From the NCBI RefSeq assembly GCF_036365525.1, contig NC_090412.1, positions 11,698,123 through 11,762,122 on the forward strand: a stretch of DNA of 64,000 nucleotides. Direction: 5' to 3'. Below the pieces are notes generated by a model, which was not told the origin of the DNA, made no database searches, and saw nothing but the letters and a program-made list of their open reading frames with translations. This document shows positions 61,461 through 64,000 of this stretch, in pieces (within the stretch, counting starts at the first letter, position 1; the number at the start of each line of letters is the position of its first letter). The stretch is from Heterodontus francisci (taxonomy: Eukaryota). The translations under genes and the position numbers were made by a program.

Positions 61461-62777
61461 GGAATTGTTTACAACTGGAATATAGAAAATTACCAGTGCA
61501 CGTGGTTTCTGGACATGGTCTAATCCCTCACTGTTCTCATTGTCTCCTGGTCTTACTCCTGCCATTGCTTGTTCAGCCTTACACTGTTGCCGCCTGATTA
61601 TTAAGAATGCACAATAAATGGAGTTTTATTGGAAATAGCGGAATTTTCGTTGTTTGCGCCTTTTTTCGGCAGGGTCATGGTAACTGCGGCCAGTATTTTT
61701 CAGTGCACTTGAAATAAAACCTTTGCGATCTTATTGATCAATACTGAATTCTCCCCAGTATAATCCAAATTCATAATTCCCAATTGCTCCCATCTTTTCA
61801 AATCCAATTGCCCATTTCTTAGTGGCTCTTAGCGGGGTGATTCTGTATGTCAGATAAATGGGAATCTTCGTGAACCACACTAACATGGTGGAGCTAAACA
61901 TTACAGAGTCAGGATTGAGTCACGGGCTGACTGAAGTTTACTGAGGGGGTGGAAAGGCTTTAAGATGCAGACTTTTTTTTACTGGGCACTCGCAGTCACT
62001 GGAGGGAAACAGTCTAGATGTGTTCCAGATTTGAATAGAATCTGCCTTGAAGTTGCTTCCTGGTTTTTGAAGAGTTTATATCGGTTTTGTTCAGGTTGTG
62101 TGAAATGTGATTTCTAACGGGGCAAGGGCAGTCTTACTGTTTTGAAACTGTATCACTTACTCATCAATTAACAGGCAGCACTGAAAACGGGTGTCTCGCA
62201 CGAATGCTCTCAAACTAATGTTTGACATCGTCGATCGACTTGGAATTAAGGACGATAGCTTCAAAACGGTTCCATACCTCATCAATTCCATTCACTGTAT
62301 ATCACTGAGTGCTGCACCATTGTTCTATCGATCCCTGATTTAGTAGCAGGGCGACAGAAATTAATATGAATAATAATTGCAGTTGACAGCTAACCTTTTC
62401 TATTCAATCAGAACTACAGCTGGCACCCAAAAATGTGTTATACCGTTTGAAACTTGAGGCTGGTTTAACTGCAGTCGGTGTTTGTTTTATAATTAAAAGG
62501 GAAATGGCTGTAGTCTTTGCTCCTTTTGTTGAACACTCAACCCCATCATCAGAGGACAGACCTCCCACTTTAATTGGCGGTTGTGGTCACTCCCAAAAAG
62601 CTACTTGACCACTTCGGCGGTCAAGAGAGAAAACATCAGTGATTTGTGGCAGGGATATTACACACTTCTGCGCCAATAAATTTACCCTAGAATCACGATG
62701 TATAACTTGGCCATATTCTTTGGCCATATGTTATTCTTTCTGTTGGAATTTTTGGGATAAAGTGGGACCGAGGAGGG

Positions 62778-63120
62778 GACACAGTGGCGCAGTGGTTAGC
62801 ACCGCAGCCTCACAGCTCCAGCGACCTGGGTTCAATTCTGCGTACTGCCTGTGTGGAGTTTGCAAGTTCTCCCTGTGTCTGCGTGGGTTTCCTCCGGGTG
62901 CTCCAGTTTCCTCCCACAGCCAAAAGACTTGCAGGTTGATAGGTAAATTGGCCATTATAAATTGCCCCTAGTATAGGTAGGTGGTAGGGGAATATAGGGA
63001 CAGGTGAGGATGTGGTAGGAATATGGGATTAATGTAGGATTAGTATAAATGGGTGGTTAATGGTCGGCACAGACTCGGTGGGCGGAAGGGCCTGTTTCAG
63101 TGCTGTATCTCTAAATCTAA
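62778..63120 (+). mobile_element. HE1-like V-SINE, full length
   Basis: A box TGGCGCAGTGG, B-box-like GGTTCAATTC, V-domain, CR1-derived tail. Confidence 0.88.
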
Positions 63121-63424
63121 AATCTCAAAGCTCCTTCAAGCTCCGGCTGAAATGACTGGCATCTTGTTGCTAAATATGCTGCATGTGTGGGAATCGGTAT
63201 CTCTGAGAAAGTGATCAAAGCAAACTGGACCTGACTGATACACTAATCAAGATAAATGCTGGCAAATGCACTAGTTTATTTTTATACTCGATATTTCTAA
63301 TGATTCGCAATCAATTTACAGTGCACTACCAACACTGATTAGTAATATGGATGGAAAGTCATTCTGGTTTGGAAACTATCCTATGGATCCCTAAGGCACT
63401 ACTTGTACATTGGTCAGGGTCATT

Positions 63425-63850
63425 TAGAAGGTTGTGGGTTTAAGTCCCACTCCAAAGAGCCCAAAATCTAGGCTGACACTTCAGTGCAATACTGGTGGGA
63501 GTGCGACCAGGCCCGAGGTGCTGTCTTTCCAACTAAAGCGTAAACTGACACCCGGTCTTCCCTCTCCGGTGGAGGGAAAGATGCCACGGCTACTATTTCA
63601 AAAAAGAGCAGGGGAGTTCTCCCCACTGTCCTGGCCAATGTTTAACCCTCAACCAACATTACTGAAACAGATTATCTGGTCATTATCACTTTGCTGTTTG
63701 TGGGATCTTGCTGTGCACAAATTGGCTGCTGCATTTCCTATATTACAACAGTGACTACTGCTTCAAAAGTCCTTCATTGGCTGTAAAGTGCTTCCGGACG
63801 CCCTGAGGCCATGAAAGATGCTATATAAATGCAAGTTAGTTCTTTTCTTG
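63425..63850 (+). mobile_element. Deu-domain SINE (SacSINE1-like) with L2-type tail
   Basis: Deu-like core GCACTATTTC-type...GAGCAGGGGAGTTCTCCCC..GTCCTGGCCAA, tail GCTATATAAATGCAAG. Family name is from recall. Confidence 0.7.
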
Positions 63851-63854
63851 CACT

Positions 63855-64000
63855 GTGGCACGGTGGTTAGCACTGCAGCCTCACAGCTCTAGCGACCCGG
63901 GTTCAATTCTGGGTACTGCCTGTGTGGAGTTTGCAAGTTCTCCCTGTGTCTGCGTGGGTTTCCTCCCACATGCTAAAGACTTGTAGGTTGATAGGTTAAT
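63855..64000 (+). mobile_element. HE1-like V-SINE, cut by window end
   Basis: Homologous to 62782-62945. Confidence 0.85.

Noticed and set aside
62782-62850. tRNA gene-like A/B boxes (also 3092, 63855, 2705-2790)
   Set aside because: These are heads of SINE/LINE elements continuing into repeat bodies, with no complete cloverleaf.
60672-64000. NRSE/RE1 silencer expected upstream of the cholinergic locus
   Set aside because: No convincing TTCAGCACCNNGGACAG match found by eye, only half-sites (e.g. GGACAG near 62554). It may lie outside the window.
1-64000. CRISPR arrays, operons or other prokaryotic systems
   Set aside because: Spliceosomal gene structure and vertebrate repeats throughout. 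No regularly spaced direct repeats.

Overview
Vertebrate genomic DNA, very likely cartilaginous fish (shark). The basis is a VAChT closely resembling the Torpedo protein as recalled, plus HE1-like V-SINEs and Deu-domain SINEs. The window holds the cholinergic gene locus on the minus strand: intronless SLC18A3/VAChT (59064-60671, 535 aa) lies upstream of a 14-coding-exon CHAT gene (54657 to 25494, 641 aa, all junctions GT-AG and in frame). Downstream is a 3-exon C10orf53/UPF0728 orthologue (15670 to 5457, 92 aa), matching human gene order. The rest is largely transposon-derived: CR1 and L2 LINEs, an apparently ORF1-less LINE with a tRNA-like head plus internally deleted derivatives, Penelope-like elements, SINEs and Harbinger-like MITEs. 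Most notable observations: (1) minimal hammerhead-ribozyme motifs with a compensatory stem change, three of them sense within CHAT introns; (2) a TSD-flanked inverted pLTR hairpin beside the pChAT-type skippable exon block; (3) a ChAT active-site region lacking several mammalian cysteines; (4) candidate splice sites for a shared VAChT/ChAT leader exon. Repeat boundaries are approximate. Comparisons to other species are from memory, not database searches.
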